Part shown: positions 49,781 to 62,979 of the stretch, piece after piece
How the letters are laid out: every line of letters starts with the position of its first letter
How positions within the stretch are numbered: the stretch's first letter is position 1
Source of the DNA: Narcine bancroftii
Taxonomy: Eukaryota
Length of the DNA: 64,000 nucleotides
Assembly (NCBI RefSeq): GCF_036971445.1
Contig: NC_091469.1
Location: forward strand, 267,592,001-267,656,000
Direction of reading: 5' to 3'
Translations under genes and position numbers: made by a program
The notes under the pieces: model-generated
Told to the model about the DNA's origin: nothing
What the model saw: the letters and a program-made list of their open reading frames with translations, nothing else
Database searches by the model: none

Positions 49781-52700
49781 GGAGGTGGGATGGTAGAAAG
49801 GAGGCGATTGGAACAAACATAGACTCCGACTGTATAGCTCAGGTGAAATATTTCAAACTACAACAAAAAACTTTCAAACCTATTAGGCTGACCTAAAATA
49901 ACTGTAGTAAAAATGAACCTACAATAGTCTGCATTATGTCCGTGCCGGTGTAAGTCAATTAACCCTAGAAATGCCGTCATGCAGCAGGGAGCTGAAACGT
50001 TCAGCTCAAAAGCAACATTTGAATCGTACGTTAAACAAACATTTTCCCCGAACTCTGCAAAATAAATTTACAATTTATATAATTTGCCTCAGTGGCTTCT
50101 AACATCTCCGTCATATGATTTTAATTCTTTGAATGCGACTTAATCAAGTGAAATTTTCGCCTTGCAGAAGTCTGCAAAAGTATTTACCTCCCATTGTAAT
50201 AACTAATCAAACTGGAACCTAGAGCTGTACATACTCAACAAGTTTTAGTAAATGCACGTTTTCAATCTTAATTTTTCCAGGGTCTCTGCGCAATTGGGTG
50301 ACACCAAACGACAGGCAACAGGTGATTCAATCGAATTTATTTTGTGTCTTCCTTGTTTAAAAAGTCTTTAGAATTCAGATTTTTACTGAAACCTCAAAAA
50401 GATGTTGTCCATTTAGCTCCCATTACCTTTAAATAATTTCGTGGAAAATATGGCTAGGATGTTGAAGTGCAAGTTGCTGATTTTCCAATCTTGCCTTCAA
50501 TTCATATTCTCATTAAGTTCAATTTGTGCTTTAAATTAGATTCATTTCTTGGGCAAACAATAATGAGGTCGTGGCAGTCTAACTCGTTCCAAATGCGTTC
50601 TGCTTACTTTTGTGGATATGTAAAGGCAGGAGTTTGTTTGGAGTGTAAACGATAGCGAATCTTAGGTTGATTTGCAAACGATCACTGGTCAAATAATTAA
50701 TCTGAAGAAACATGTTAAAATGACAAGGGAAACTACCTTATTGCTTTAAAAATTGCTTTGATTGAACAATCCGGTAGGTCAGTCAACAGCAATAAAAGGA
50801 ATCGTCCACGAGGAGAAGTAAAACTATTCCAAAATAGTTCTTTGTTTTAGTTTAGCGGATGTTCCTGAATCTCTTTGGTAGTATTGTCTAACTTCGCAAA
50901 CAAATGTATTTGCTATTTTAATATCCAGTATATATTCCAGGTCACAAAAAAATGTCAGATTATAAACTACTGCAAATGTAATATAAATTAGTGACGTGCA
51001 TTTTTTAAAAAAGGTAATAATTTCTGAATCTCCATTTAATGTACTTTTCATTATATTGAATTATACTGTGAGATGTAAAAATATGAACTAAACTAGTGGC
51101 ATATCGCGGTTACAACGTCTATATCTGTCTACAATTTAAATATCACACCCCTGCTGCTGACTCCAAACGTTAGCCTTGTAGCTCCTCGCTAGGTGTTTAT
51201 TATGTGAAATATATACGGCCTTAATCAAGTGTCCCTGCTGTTCACGGCTGTAGAGGTTGAAGAATGTGAAAAGAGAATAACCCAAGACTCAGTGGAGACT
51301 CTCTTTAAGACGCCTCTATTGAGATCCCAGACATTGCAGTTTAACTCAGTAGTATGGGCACAATCTGCTGAATTTGCAATCTAATTATAAATGTGCCATT
51401 TGGACCTCCTTTCAGCTTCAGTGCCACCTTACCTTATGAGGGAAGTTACTTTAACAGCAAGCAACAAGTCAGACAGCTGTTCAAAACAAAATGCCATTAG
51501 CAGATCAACTTTTCCCGAACACTGGGACTAGTCAGGGTATTGTTTTACAAACAGTCTTTCAGCATTAGTTGCATTATGTTATGTAGAACCAAGAATGGTT
51601 ATTAAATGAAGTGTGTCTAAATAGCGTTCAATAAAATCTATACTGGCGATCGTTTGCTGTGCAGATAAATCACATGAAATCATACGCGACTCACTTAGTT
51701 TTTAAGAACTGTTGTTCACATAAAAGGATTGTTTAGTACTACGCCATCAAATATTTTCCTGCGAGACTCATAATGCATGGATTATTCAGATTAAATGATC
51801 GATTGGTCTTGACAACAGTAGCAAACAAAATGAACTGTGTTGCCTACGTGTGTATATTCCGTGAAATTCCTAATATATAATTTCAATTCAATTACCAGTT
51901 CATCATTAGAACCGATCGAGATGCTTTCCACCATTCGGTTTCCCTATTTATGAATTGTACATGCACACCACAAAGAGAAAATAATGTACATTAAACTATG
52001 TACAGGAAGGTGTAACTGAGTCACGCAGACCGTTTACATGACAACATTTTAAAACCAGTAAAAGATGAGAATTCTTGAACATTTTAGCATCAAATCTGAA
52101 AATAACGTGTGCGTCATGCCCAAAAATGAGAGATGTAATGTTGCAAATGACTTCCAAAACCTTATAATAAACAGATGTGTTGTGGTTAAACATACTGCTT
52201 ATCTGCGCTCAACATGAGTTCTATTTTTTCTGGTGAAAGTTTTGACTCAGTATTTTGGGAAACACCCCTGACCCAAAAGTCAGAAAGAGCTAATCTCTTC
52301 TCCCCAGACAACTTTCACATTCTCTCTCTCTCTCACTCACTTTATACACCGCCCCCACCTTCCCGTCACCAAGGGAAAACAGTAACAGGCACAACGATAA
52401 TTGTCTCTTCAATTTTCTCCCTCGTTCTCCTTCTGCAGCCGAGAAAGTGTGGATAAAGGAAGGTCACCTATATCAGATCGATAACATCGGAGCTTCCGAC
52501 TGGTAAACAGGCAATGTCCCATTTAGAGATACCATTGAACGCTTTCCTTCTTTCACGCACAGGGTGGAACAGTTATTGCAATATTTCGCAGAAAATAGAT
52601 ACATTTATCGGATTACAAACAACACGTCACCAACGCAGCTACAGAAATAAATGCCCCAAATTACTTTAATGAAGTGTGTATTTGTTAAGAAACTGTGTTA

Positions 52701-53919
52701 ATGTACTCAATATTAAATGTAAAAACTAAATGCAATATTGAGATCCACGCCAAACAAAATATAAATATTTTTGACTTTTCGAATAAAGAATTGGGTGTAT
52801 TAATATAAAATTGCATTAAACTTTATAAACAATACAGTTATTGTGATCTAATCGATATCCAAATAGTTCGGGAATAAATCGTGCTGTCCAGCATTTCATT
52901 ACTGTTCGAAAATAACGTTATCAGTGGGGTTTCAAAGTGAAGTTTACGACTCACGTTTGGCCTCTGTAGTTGACACAAGTGTGTGATCGCGCCAAGGAAG
53001 CTTGTTACAAGGAAAGGTTTGGTATTGTCTCCTTATGGGTCGGTCTTTGGGTGTCTGTTTTATTTTAATTTACGTGCTTGTGTATTTTTCTCAGGTCAAT
53101 TTGCATGACCCTCCCCAGTGGAACTGAGTAAAAAAGAGATGATCTCAGACAAAGGAGGAAATGGGTGAAATAGCAAGAAGTGTCGGGGTTTAAACATTCT
53201 TTAAAACAGTTTGAAATAAACATCAGACAGCATCTGAAACATCCAGATTACAACTTTATAATTCTATAATCAGACGCTTTCCACAGGCGGTACTTAACAT
53301 CTAGTACCGCTGTGTGGACAGAGTCGAAATTGCCGCCTGTCTTGTATGAGGGAACTGTTGCTAATTGTTTCGATACTGCAAGAATGACCAGTGCAATACA
53401 CATTAAAACTTCGCATTCTTCATCCAAGGTGTGGCGACACGTTATTGTTTTCCAAACGAAATCACAGCTTCTTCTAAAATCGCACCTTCCCCACTTGGAC
53501 TCGGAAACGCCGGGGTCCGAATTCCTCCCTACCCCTGATGGCTTTGTAAAACTCTGATTCCCAGCGATGTTCGCTTTCCAACGCGGTTTGGCGTAAATCG
53601 CGGAAGGAAAGAATAGGGGTTGCTCGGAAGATGCGGGGGTGGGGAGGGGGGGGGGGGTGGGGGAGAGAGACTTCATTCATGTAACGTGTGAGGAGCAGAA
53701 AGATTTCAGTTTGCAATAACTCGCAAGGATTTTTTTTTACATTGTAGATGACTAAATGAAGGGGGGGCGGTTTATTTGCGGAACAACCTCTAGGCGCACA
53801 AACTGACCCTAACCAGATCGCAGAGAGAGAAAAAAATCATTCTCCAACCACAGCACTGAAGAAGAAATCCGTAGAAATGCTCAGAAGCAAAGATCCGTAG
53901 ACACAACAATCAACGCGCG

Positions 53920-53920
<1 letters not shown>

Positions 53921-53949
<29 letters not shown>
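53921..53949. repeat. (AC)14 microsatellite
   Basis: Direct observation. It reads as (UG)n about 30 nt downstream of the putative minus-strand donor. Confidence 0.95.
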
Positions 53950-53952
<3 letters not shown>

Positions 53953-53978
53953 CAAACATAAGGGTTTTGCCGGGTTAC

Positions 53979-54560
53979 CTTAGACGCCAGTCTGGCGAGG
54001 AGCAGCTCCGGGGCTATCCCGTGTCGTTAGATGTGTCAAATCGTTTGACAATTTTAAAACAATCGTTATGTATTTAAAAAAAAAACAAAAGGAGCTGAAA
54101 CGAAGAGCTTAAAGTCAACTGAAGCGTACCCGGGCCATGGAGAGGGAGCTGATGGGGGTGGGGGTGTCCGAATCGCTGGCAGAAGTTGCCGACGGGCTGC
54201 CGAAAAATGATATTGCTATTCTCTGTGGAACAAGTGAAGGCGATGGTTAGTGCTGTCAATCTTGGCGATCAATTCCAGCGGCCATGTCCCAAATATTCAA
54301 AGCATTTCCCGTCGTGCAACATCAGAAAGTGGATGGCCAGGGCATTGATCTTATGGCTCCCCCCTCGCAAGCAGCCTTGCTGTCTGCTGCTCCCGAGAGC
54401 AGCGCGACAGAGAGGGAGAGAGTGTGAAGGGCTGAGGCAAGAGGGGAAGCGATCGGCCAGCCACCGGGCCAACTCATACTACACAACAGCGCAGCCAGCG
54501 ATGAACATCCCCGCGCTGGTCAGAGATCGCTGAACTTCGCAAATGTGAACCGATGTCACG
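53979..54560 (-). other. Putative non-coding first exon (5' UTR) of an unidentified gene; 5' boundary uncertain
   Basis: Donor CTAAG|GTAACC (exon ends 53979) inside the CpG island. All three frames are closed before the donor and there is no ATG after 54138. Confidence 0.5.
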
Positions 54561-57500
54561 TCAAAACTGAAAGAAAACCCAACTTCCCCTCGTTCTCTCT
54601 CCGATCCGCTCTCAGACCACAGCTTCTACCGCTCCCACGCATTTCAGAAAATCTGCCATTTCCGCGATAATGTTCCTGAACTTTTTTTTTGTTCTAAAAG
54701 AGCATTGTTTTTTCATTCAAGAAACCGCCGCATTATAAACAGGCTGGCCTCCGGTTTGGGGGTGGGGGGGGGGGGGGGGGACTGATCTCCGATACCTATC
54801 GTGGTTTTTTTTTCCCCCCCGGAAAGTGATAACCATTGGAGAGAGCGCGACTGGGTCGATCTCCGCGGCTGCGATTAGACCATTGAGTATAATTGATTGC
54901 ATTTATGAGGGAACGGCGTTTGCCGGAGCTGTTGTTCAGATCGCAGAGCGTGCCTGAGAAAGCTAACACTGAGATCATCTGGCGTGTTACATTTTTACTG
55001 ATACTGTGCAACTCGGTAATCTGATAGAGTTACACATTAACCCTTTAGCTGCCACTTTTTTTAAAGAGATGTTGTAATCAGTATATTATGATCCTTTCCT
55101 GAATGTAACAATGATTATATTGAAGGAGGGAAGGGAACACAGCCACCGGGTACCCTCTCTTTTATTTTCAGCTCCTTCTCGGGCTGAACTTGTGCCTGGC
55201 ATCAAGTACCAGATTTAAAACCATTTTTTTTAAAATCTGAAACTTCTGTGCTAAATCTGGTCACAAAACTGAAGTAAAATCTATTTATGTCAGCCGATAT
55301 TTAGATAATGTATAATGTAACATATTCTGTAATATAAGATAATATAATCGCTGTACCTGGAATCATCGGCAGGATCAATGAAACTGCCACCTGGCTAGTA
55401 ATCAATCTGTGTTGGATTATAATGCGGCAATTATAAGAATATATAGGTTATATGTTTATCCAGCAACATTTCCCCTCTCCACCCTATACCGAAATAGCAT
55501 TTGAAGTAGCAATGCTTTGATTTCAGATAGTTATTGCACACACTGTGTATTGAAACGCAGCAAAATGACCCCGTCTCACCCTTGCTCGCCAGCTGTTATC
55601 AAAACAGATAAACTTCCAGCTCTCCGGTAAAATAGTCCCGAACTACAAAAAAAAGTTATCTATTGTTGTAGGGAAGTGTGCACTGAAGCATCTTATTTTA
55701 TGGTCAGGCAAAATGAAAGAAAGGAAGCTGGTCAACGCGTAACAGGTACCGTCACGAAAACGAGCACGCCAGTCGGTAATCCGCATATCGCTCATTATTT
55801 CATAAATGTATTACCTGCATGGAGAATGCAACTCAGATACAAGTACACCTCCTGACCCACATTACACAAATGTTATTGGGATGACATTGATTAAAATGTA
55901 ACCCGCGTGAATCGTTCAGCAGATTGTATATTTCCAAGATTGCTGTTTAACAGCAGTATCACGATCGTCATTTTTAACCCGGCATATACGGACGAAGGCT
56001 GCTCTATTCCGGGTTCGTGCACATGAACTTTATCACGGTATGCAATGGAGAACTTTAATTTATTTTCAGGTTTAGTGCGTCTCGAACTTAAAGGGATTAT
56101 TGCAAGCAACAGATCTACCGATACTGGAAACTATATGGCAAGTTTAAACAAGTAAGTGATTTTCCCTGAACTGATATTATTTACATATTTTCATCGTGTG
56201 CATCAAGCATTGATCCAACACGTATTGAAATGTGACTAAGGATTGCACGCAGTCGAGAGACAGGACGATGCACTCTGGTGCCTTCGGGGCTCTGCTTTAT
56301 CCATTGAAACAACTTCAATGCAAACTCGTCAATCAAATTAACTCAGACCTGGCTGTTCAGTCCGTATAAACCGTCGTCCATCGTTCCCTTGTCAAACGGG
56401 AGTTTCTACCCCTAAAGTCGCTCATATTACGATGCCGTTCAGCTGGTAGTAAGTTCGGAGGGGCAAAATGTAGCCAACAATATAAAACAAAGCATTGCAC
56501 TTAGATATTGCAACTGGGAGTGTGTCAAGTCTTCTCATATTAAGTCACTTTCCCGCCAGTCATTTTGCGTTTCAATTAAGTTCTGGCTCAGTGGAACTAT
56601 TGAGGGAGAATAACGCTCAAACGCAACGAGTATGAAGCAGGCTGATGACACAGAGACTGTCCACTTTTGTGAATTCTCATCGGGCAATCTAAGAACGTTG
56701 ATCGTTGTGTGTTAGCGGATTCTTCTTTAAACCCAGGGACGGAAATACAAACAACAGGTTTGAGCAAGTACAATCGACCTTTGTTGGAAGCGCAGCTTGT
56801 ACGTGAATTCCCGGTATTTGAGCCATTAAAAAGGTCTGTCACCTCGGGTCAGAATGCTACGACAACCCTGGTTCAGGGCAGAATGGGGTGGCGGGGGTAA
56901 AGTGTGCTCTATGGGGATGGGAAACAGAGCGCTCGAGGGGTATCGTCTCCTCCTTCACAGAGGCGACCTGTAGTATGTCATAACATTTTTTGTTGTTTAA
57001 ATGAAACAGCCGCCACAATCTGCAGAAATGGATACAAATTAACTCAATTCCGTAGGGTTGGTTGACTTTTGGCGTCTCCTAATATTACAGCGGGAGGGAT
57101 ATCTTCAGCATCATGGTACAGGATTAGGAATAGGTGAATACTGAATAAAATCAAGGAGCGCAGCACAATGGACACCACACACAAAAAACCCCACGATATC
57201 AGGATTATTGATCGAGTCCAAACTGATTCATTTCCACCCACTCCCTCATCAAACTCTCCGATTTACTGGGTGAAAGTGAAATTTCCGCAATTGCACACGG
57301 AGTCCTGCGCAACGACCAATCCGGAGCAGTTCCGAGCCACTCTGTTGCTCTGCTCCGTTCCGCAAAAGGCAGTTTGGGGGAGTCTGGACGTTTTTTTAAA
57401 ATCAAAAACTTTTACTTCGCGGCAATACTCAGAAACCCGAGAGCCCGTGTTCAGGACGCTCGACCAGGGGATAGCGTACGGTTGGCCCTGGCGTACGGTT

Positions 57501-60500
57501 CCCAGTAGGCGCTTCCAGGTATGCGAGTGTGCGTGTGTTGTGCTTGAACGCTAGACAAAAGTGGCTGTGTCTCTATCCGCGAGGGTAGCGTGACCGTCGC
57601 CAGAGAACAAACGGCTTTAACTTTAGCAGCGTGCGTTGAGAAGCAGACTGTTGTCACCGATGCCGTTTAAAATAGTACAAATCGGTTCATAAACAAACAT
57701 CGAGAAAGCTTTTTTTTAAAGAAAACATCCGAAAAAGTTCATCCTACTTCAAACAGATATTATTCCATCTCAGACCGATGTATCATATTATGGGTATTTT
57801 ATATAAGTAACGCAGCGTGGCTTATTAAATAGGACCAACTTTTGTTGACCATGCCTGTGATGCGCTGTTGTTAGCGATAAAATAGATGAAATCGATCCAG
57901 CTCGCCCACCTCTTCCAAACGACTACATTAACATTTGACCGCCCCTCCCCCGTCACATTTATCAAAGGTATTTTTAACAATCCACAGTAAGATGGCTTGT
58001 TTGACTCGACTGGGATTGGGAAAGGTGCAGGGCATGGGACCTGTGGAGGAATGTGTCGAGAAGCGGAAAGGTTGCGGTGAAAGTTACCCAAAGAGTTATT
58101 GTCGAGTACCTGATACAAATTCTTACATTTAAAAACAGTCTACATTTGAAGTTGAAGAAACTTACCTCCAGGTGTTCATTAAATATATTCGGCCCCTGAC
58201 ACAGAGAGTCGGGTGCTCAGATAAAGTGAGCACTCAGGTTAACAGTTATGAATCATTGTTTGCTTTTTTACAACATGACAGCGACCTCAATGTATAACAG
58301 AGAGAGCAAACATTACTCAGCAAGTCGGAGAATGCTTAAATCTATATTCAAGCAGTTCAAACAAATTATTCCTGAAAGCAAGCTCATTAGCAAAAAAAAA
58401 ACCCCACAAAATAACTTAAACAAAACAGCACGCAAAATCAGGTTTATCTTGGACTGTACATGCTTCTCGCCCACATAAGCTAATGATCTTAATTTATATA
58501 TATATGGTGCACAATTTAAAAAGTGAAAATAAAAGTTTCACCGTTGCCTCTTCGGTGGTGGTGTGAGCATGATGACACCAGACACAGCTACACAATACTG
58601 TAAATAACATTGGCATGCTATTAATAGGATGGCTGTACTTACAAGGAATGAGGGCTGGATGCTGTTGGAAATGCAGTTTGTGTTAATGGAAGAGTCATCC
58701 AGGCCGGTGTGAGAGGAGTGGCACTGACAGGATGGAGGTTTACCTTTACCAGCTGATTTTCAGCGTCAGCTCCCCCTCTCCACCATCCCCCACCCCAATC
58801 TCTGCCTTTCATTTTCACATTCCCTTTGTTCTATTACACACGCGTCACCATCTTGCACCAAAAAAATGAATAATTAAATCAAACTGTGCATTAGCTGTAA
58901 GGGATTCAACACAGTCCACTTACAAGCAAACTCTTGGTCAATAATATTTCTACTGGGGGGAGGGAGAAACTGATTGGAAAATGAATTAAGACAAAACTGA
59001 TCGTGGAAAAGGAAGGCTGATTGTCAGTTTTATTGAACTAATTCACTGGAACTGGAGGAATACAGACTGGGAGCTGAAGGTGGAAAATAATCTTCGCTCG
59101 TCTTACTTTTACTGACAAGACACAAACTGTCAGCAGAGAAATAAACCAGACATGATTTGCAAGAATGTGAAAATAAAGTTACTAACTTTTTTTTAAATCG
59201 GGAATAAATATCTCAAAGAAACAATTAAAAAGTGCTATATGAAAAGCTCTCCTAACAGATATCAAGCGCATTGTTCCATTCCCGGTATTCCTTTAAAATA
59301 TACACAGTGCTTATAGATATCCAGATCGTCAAGTTTCACCAGAACATCCATCTGGAATAGCTGTACTCTCAATTAAATACAGGAAATGAGAATAAAATCT
59401 AGTTTATTTGGGTTCGGTACAGGGCAAAGACAGCACAGAGACAGACCAGTTTACAAGAACATTAGATTTTTTTTTGTCGTTTTTACTGAATTGTTATCAA
59501 AGCTTCCAGGAAAGGAATGGGTGGGAGGGAGGCTACTTCAAAGATTATCGTCAAATTTTCAAACTGGAGCAAAGCATCAGGATCAAGCAGGGTAACCCGA
59601 GAAATAAACCATGGCAGCAAATTCATTACGTGCTGATCAATATAGGTAACAAGGAGGGAGGGTGGAGGATGGATGGATGGGTGGGTTGGGGAGAGATGGG
59701 AAAGGTTTGCCACTGGCGTTCGCCCCTATACGGTTACTCAATGGATAAGCACAGAGCAACAATTAGCTCAAGTTTCTAATGATGGCTTCTGAAGTTGTTG
59801 AAGATTTCCACATAGGGCAAAACATTAAGCAAAGAACGCGCCGGATCCTTGCGAACACCCAGTGCCTAAATTATGCGAAGGAAATCAAGTCTTTCTTGTT
59901 TTCTTAGAGAAACTGTTTAAAAAAGTGTTTTACTATGTGTGTAAAAGTACTTGCTGATTGCATTAGGATTGACGAAATGTTCTGTGATTATTAGAATGTA
60001 CTAAAATGTCAAATGTAAACATTATTGATTAGAACGGAGCAATTCGTCTGTTACCCTCCCCACCTCACCTCAAGGCGGCGGAGGGGGACCTTTTATAGTC
60101 GTCTTCCCATTGCTGCTGTGCTATGGTCTGGTTGCACTCGCACAGTGGTTGCTGCAGTCGGTGACAGAAGGCTGTAACAGGTTAGTTGCAGGATTAATAT
60201 ATTCATTCGAACATCGTTTGGATATCACTAAGATAAAATGTACTAAAAAAAAATGTTATTACGGTCCTGGATATTAACTCGTCGGGATTTGGACAAATAT
60301 TTCGTGAACTTCACAACAAAAAAGAAAATATTCACAACCCACAATTTCCAATGCTCTGCCGAGGGTTGAGATACAGCAAGAGGCAAACTGAGAGGGGGAG
60401 GGGGGGGGTAAGAAATCCACCTCACTTAAATCAGTGGGTCATTAACAAATCTGTTTTCCAGTGAAATTAACAGTGTCGGTCAACAGGCCATATTTTATTT

Positions 60501-61809
60501 CAATTTAGGGTCGATACTTATAGACGAATTTGTGTTTAGGGAAAGTTAAAATTCCTCACCAACAAAATAATTTAAGGAACATCGAACAAATCAGAGCATT
60601 TATAATTTTACGTTTCTCATCTCTCAACTCATGTTGCATTTGTGTCCTGGAATACTTGCTTATTGAACGTTCGTGGAGTTGCGGAGAAGTTCTCTGTTAG
60701 GTGCACGCATAAGGAATCCCAGCCCTGAGTGTCCTGTTCATTTTAATCAGAAGCTCTTATTTTTCTGGCTGTGGTTTATTACTGATTTCCTCATGTCCCG
60801 TGAGATGATATTAATGCGTGCTATTTTATAAATAAACTAAAAAAGATTTTTTTTTAATGACTTGGCAAGGGATTGTTCATTCTTTGAATGTACTGAACGG
60901 GTAAAACTTCAAATTAAACTTTGGAGACGTACTTGCAGTTTGATTCTGGTAGGATTAGGTTTCAAATTGAAATTTCTCTCATTCACACATTCACAAGGGA
61001 GTGGGCGAGAGGTACCAGGTAGAACATCTTTACACGAACAGAATGGACCTTTGAAGCCGGTCTGTGTGCCTCAGACGCCACCAATTGTTCATATTAAGTA
61101 TTGCAATCCATCTTCAACTGCAAGTCTTGTATATCGATCCATAGCCCTTTTTAACGTAAACTAGAATAGAAGCGATTCAGATACAAGATGGAATAATATT
61201 GTATGCTTGCTTTGTTACACAGCTAACGGAATATTATAATATTTTCCACAAGAAACATGTACAATAATTATAAAGAAATATATTCAACATGCAATTATGG
61301 AATGAAAAAATAATTCAGAACACTTTGTATATTTTTAACCTTTTTTATCACTGGAAATAAAATTTTAAAAGACAACATAACGATCTACATAGTTTCACTA
61401 AAATTGGTCATTTTGAAGTATTTCTTTTCACACCTGGTGATCTGGTCTTAAAATTTGATCACAACTTCGAGCTCCCAAACATTAAAAACTACTGGTGAAT
61501 GAGTGGTGAATTTTATTAACACTCAAAATGTTTATTTCCATAAAATAACGAAGTCATTCTATTAAAAAAACAATAAAATGCTGTACCATTTTCAGTAACA
61601 AAAAAATGACTGTTTTGTATGCATCCACATGGCATTAGCTTCTCATCTTTTAAAAGTTTTTTGATATTGTGTATTAGCTTCTAATTAGAGTTTTCTTTGA
61701 TCCTAAAATACATTATGTGCTCTCATCAATTTCAATTTGTGCTTTGAAATCATGTTTATTGCCATTAATTTACTGTTTAAAGTAAGTATGTCTAAACAAC
61801 CCCTGAGAT

Positions 61810-61960
61810 NNNNNNNNNNNNNNNNNNNNNNNNNNNNNNNNNNNNNNNNNNNNNNNNNNNNNNNNNNNNNNNNNNNNNNNNNNNNNNNNNNNNNNNNNNN
61901 NNNNNNNNNNNNNNNNNNNNNNNNNNNNNNNNNNNNNNNNNNNNNNNNNNNNNNNNNNNN
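61810..61960. other. Assembly gap / masked run (151 N)
   Basis: Run of N. Confidence 0.99.
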
Positions 61961-62122
61961 ACATTAGCTAACACCACACTCAAGTAATAAACACACCAAA
62001 ACTTGCATGTCAACAGAAAATGAGCATTGGCCTCTAAAACGTACAATATACCCCTAAGAAGGTGCAACTGGGGAGGTTTGCAGTTTAAGGCACATGCGTA
62101 TAACCTTGGTTCATTGCATTAG

Positions 62123-62635
62123 NNNNNNNNNNNNNNNNNNNNNNNNNNNNNNNNNNNNNNNNNNNNNNNNNNNNNNNNNNNNNNNNNNNNNNNNNNNNNN
62201 NNNNNNNNNNNNNNNNNNNNNNNNNNNNNNNNNNNNNNNNNNNNNNNNNNNNNNNNNNNNNNNNNNNNNNNNNNNNNNNNNNNNNNNNNNNNNNNNNNNN
62301 NNNNNNNNNNNNNNNNNNNNNNNNNNNNNNNNNNNNNNNNNNNNNNNNNNNNNNNNNNNNNNNNNNNNNNNNNNNNNNNNNNNNNNNNNNNNNNNNNNNN
62401 NNNNNNNNNNNNNNNNNNNNNNNNNNNNNNNNNNNNNNNNNNNNNNNNNNNNNNNNNNNNNNNNNNNNNNNNNNNNNNNNNNNNNNNNNNNNNNNNNNNN
62501 NNNNNNNNNNNNNNNNNNNNNNNNNNNNNNNNNNNNNNNNNNNNNNNNNNNNNNNNNNNNNNNNNNNNNNNNNNNNNNNNNNNNNNNNNNNNNNNNNNNN
62601 NNNNNNNNNNNNNNNNNNNNNNNNNNNNNNNNNNN
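62123..62635. other. Assembly gap / masked run (513 N)
   Basis: Run of N. Confidence 0.99.
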
Positions 62636-62979
62636 TGCTCCCACTGACACCATGGACAAAACCACTAATTATAAACACATTTTTATTGCCTTATCCTTGC
62701 TATATTTTCCTTTTTTTCTGCAATAAAACATACTTGGATACAAGGGCAATCAGAGTTTTCTCCCTGTCGATATGATGCAGTATTTAAAACTAAGAAGACT
62801 GTTGATTAATTTTAAAAATATCTGAATTTATGGAGGTATTTATTTAAGATTTATATTGTTAATATTCTTCCTACAATCCTAAAATTTGTCATCTTTGCTA
62901 CAACTTGAGAATGTAAAAGTACAAAATAGAAGTACTGAATGAATTAACATTTTGTAATGTAAAAAAAAATTACATATTC

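Larger units (their letters stand above)
53250..55000 (-). promoter_or_regulatory. CpG-island core / probable promoter of a minus-strand gene
   Basis: Highest CpG and GC density in the window outside transposons. CRE-like TGACGTGACA (54554-54563, minus strand), G-tracts, and an adjacent splice donor. Confidence 0.7.

Noticed and set aside
49959-49971. TTAACCCTAGAAA, identical to a piggyBac terminus
   Set aside because: I found no matching inverted end with TTAA downstream and no transposase remnant; probably chance.
53248-54533. ORFs of 115-142 aa in the CpG island
   Set aside because: No recognisable protein features; overlapping ORFs on both strands are typical of GC-rich promoter DNA.
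57158-57180. RE1/NRSE-like CAGCACAATGGACAC
   Set aside because: Mismatches at conserved positions of both half-sites; too weak without a PWM score or conservation.
61737-62726. Long ORFs (up to 210 aa) in the ORF track
   Set aside because: Artefacts of translating N runs.
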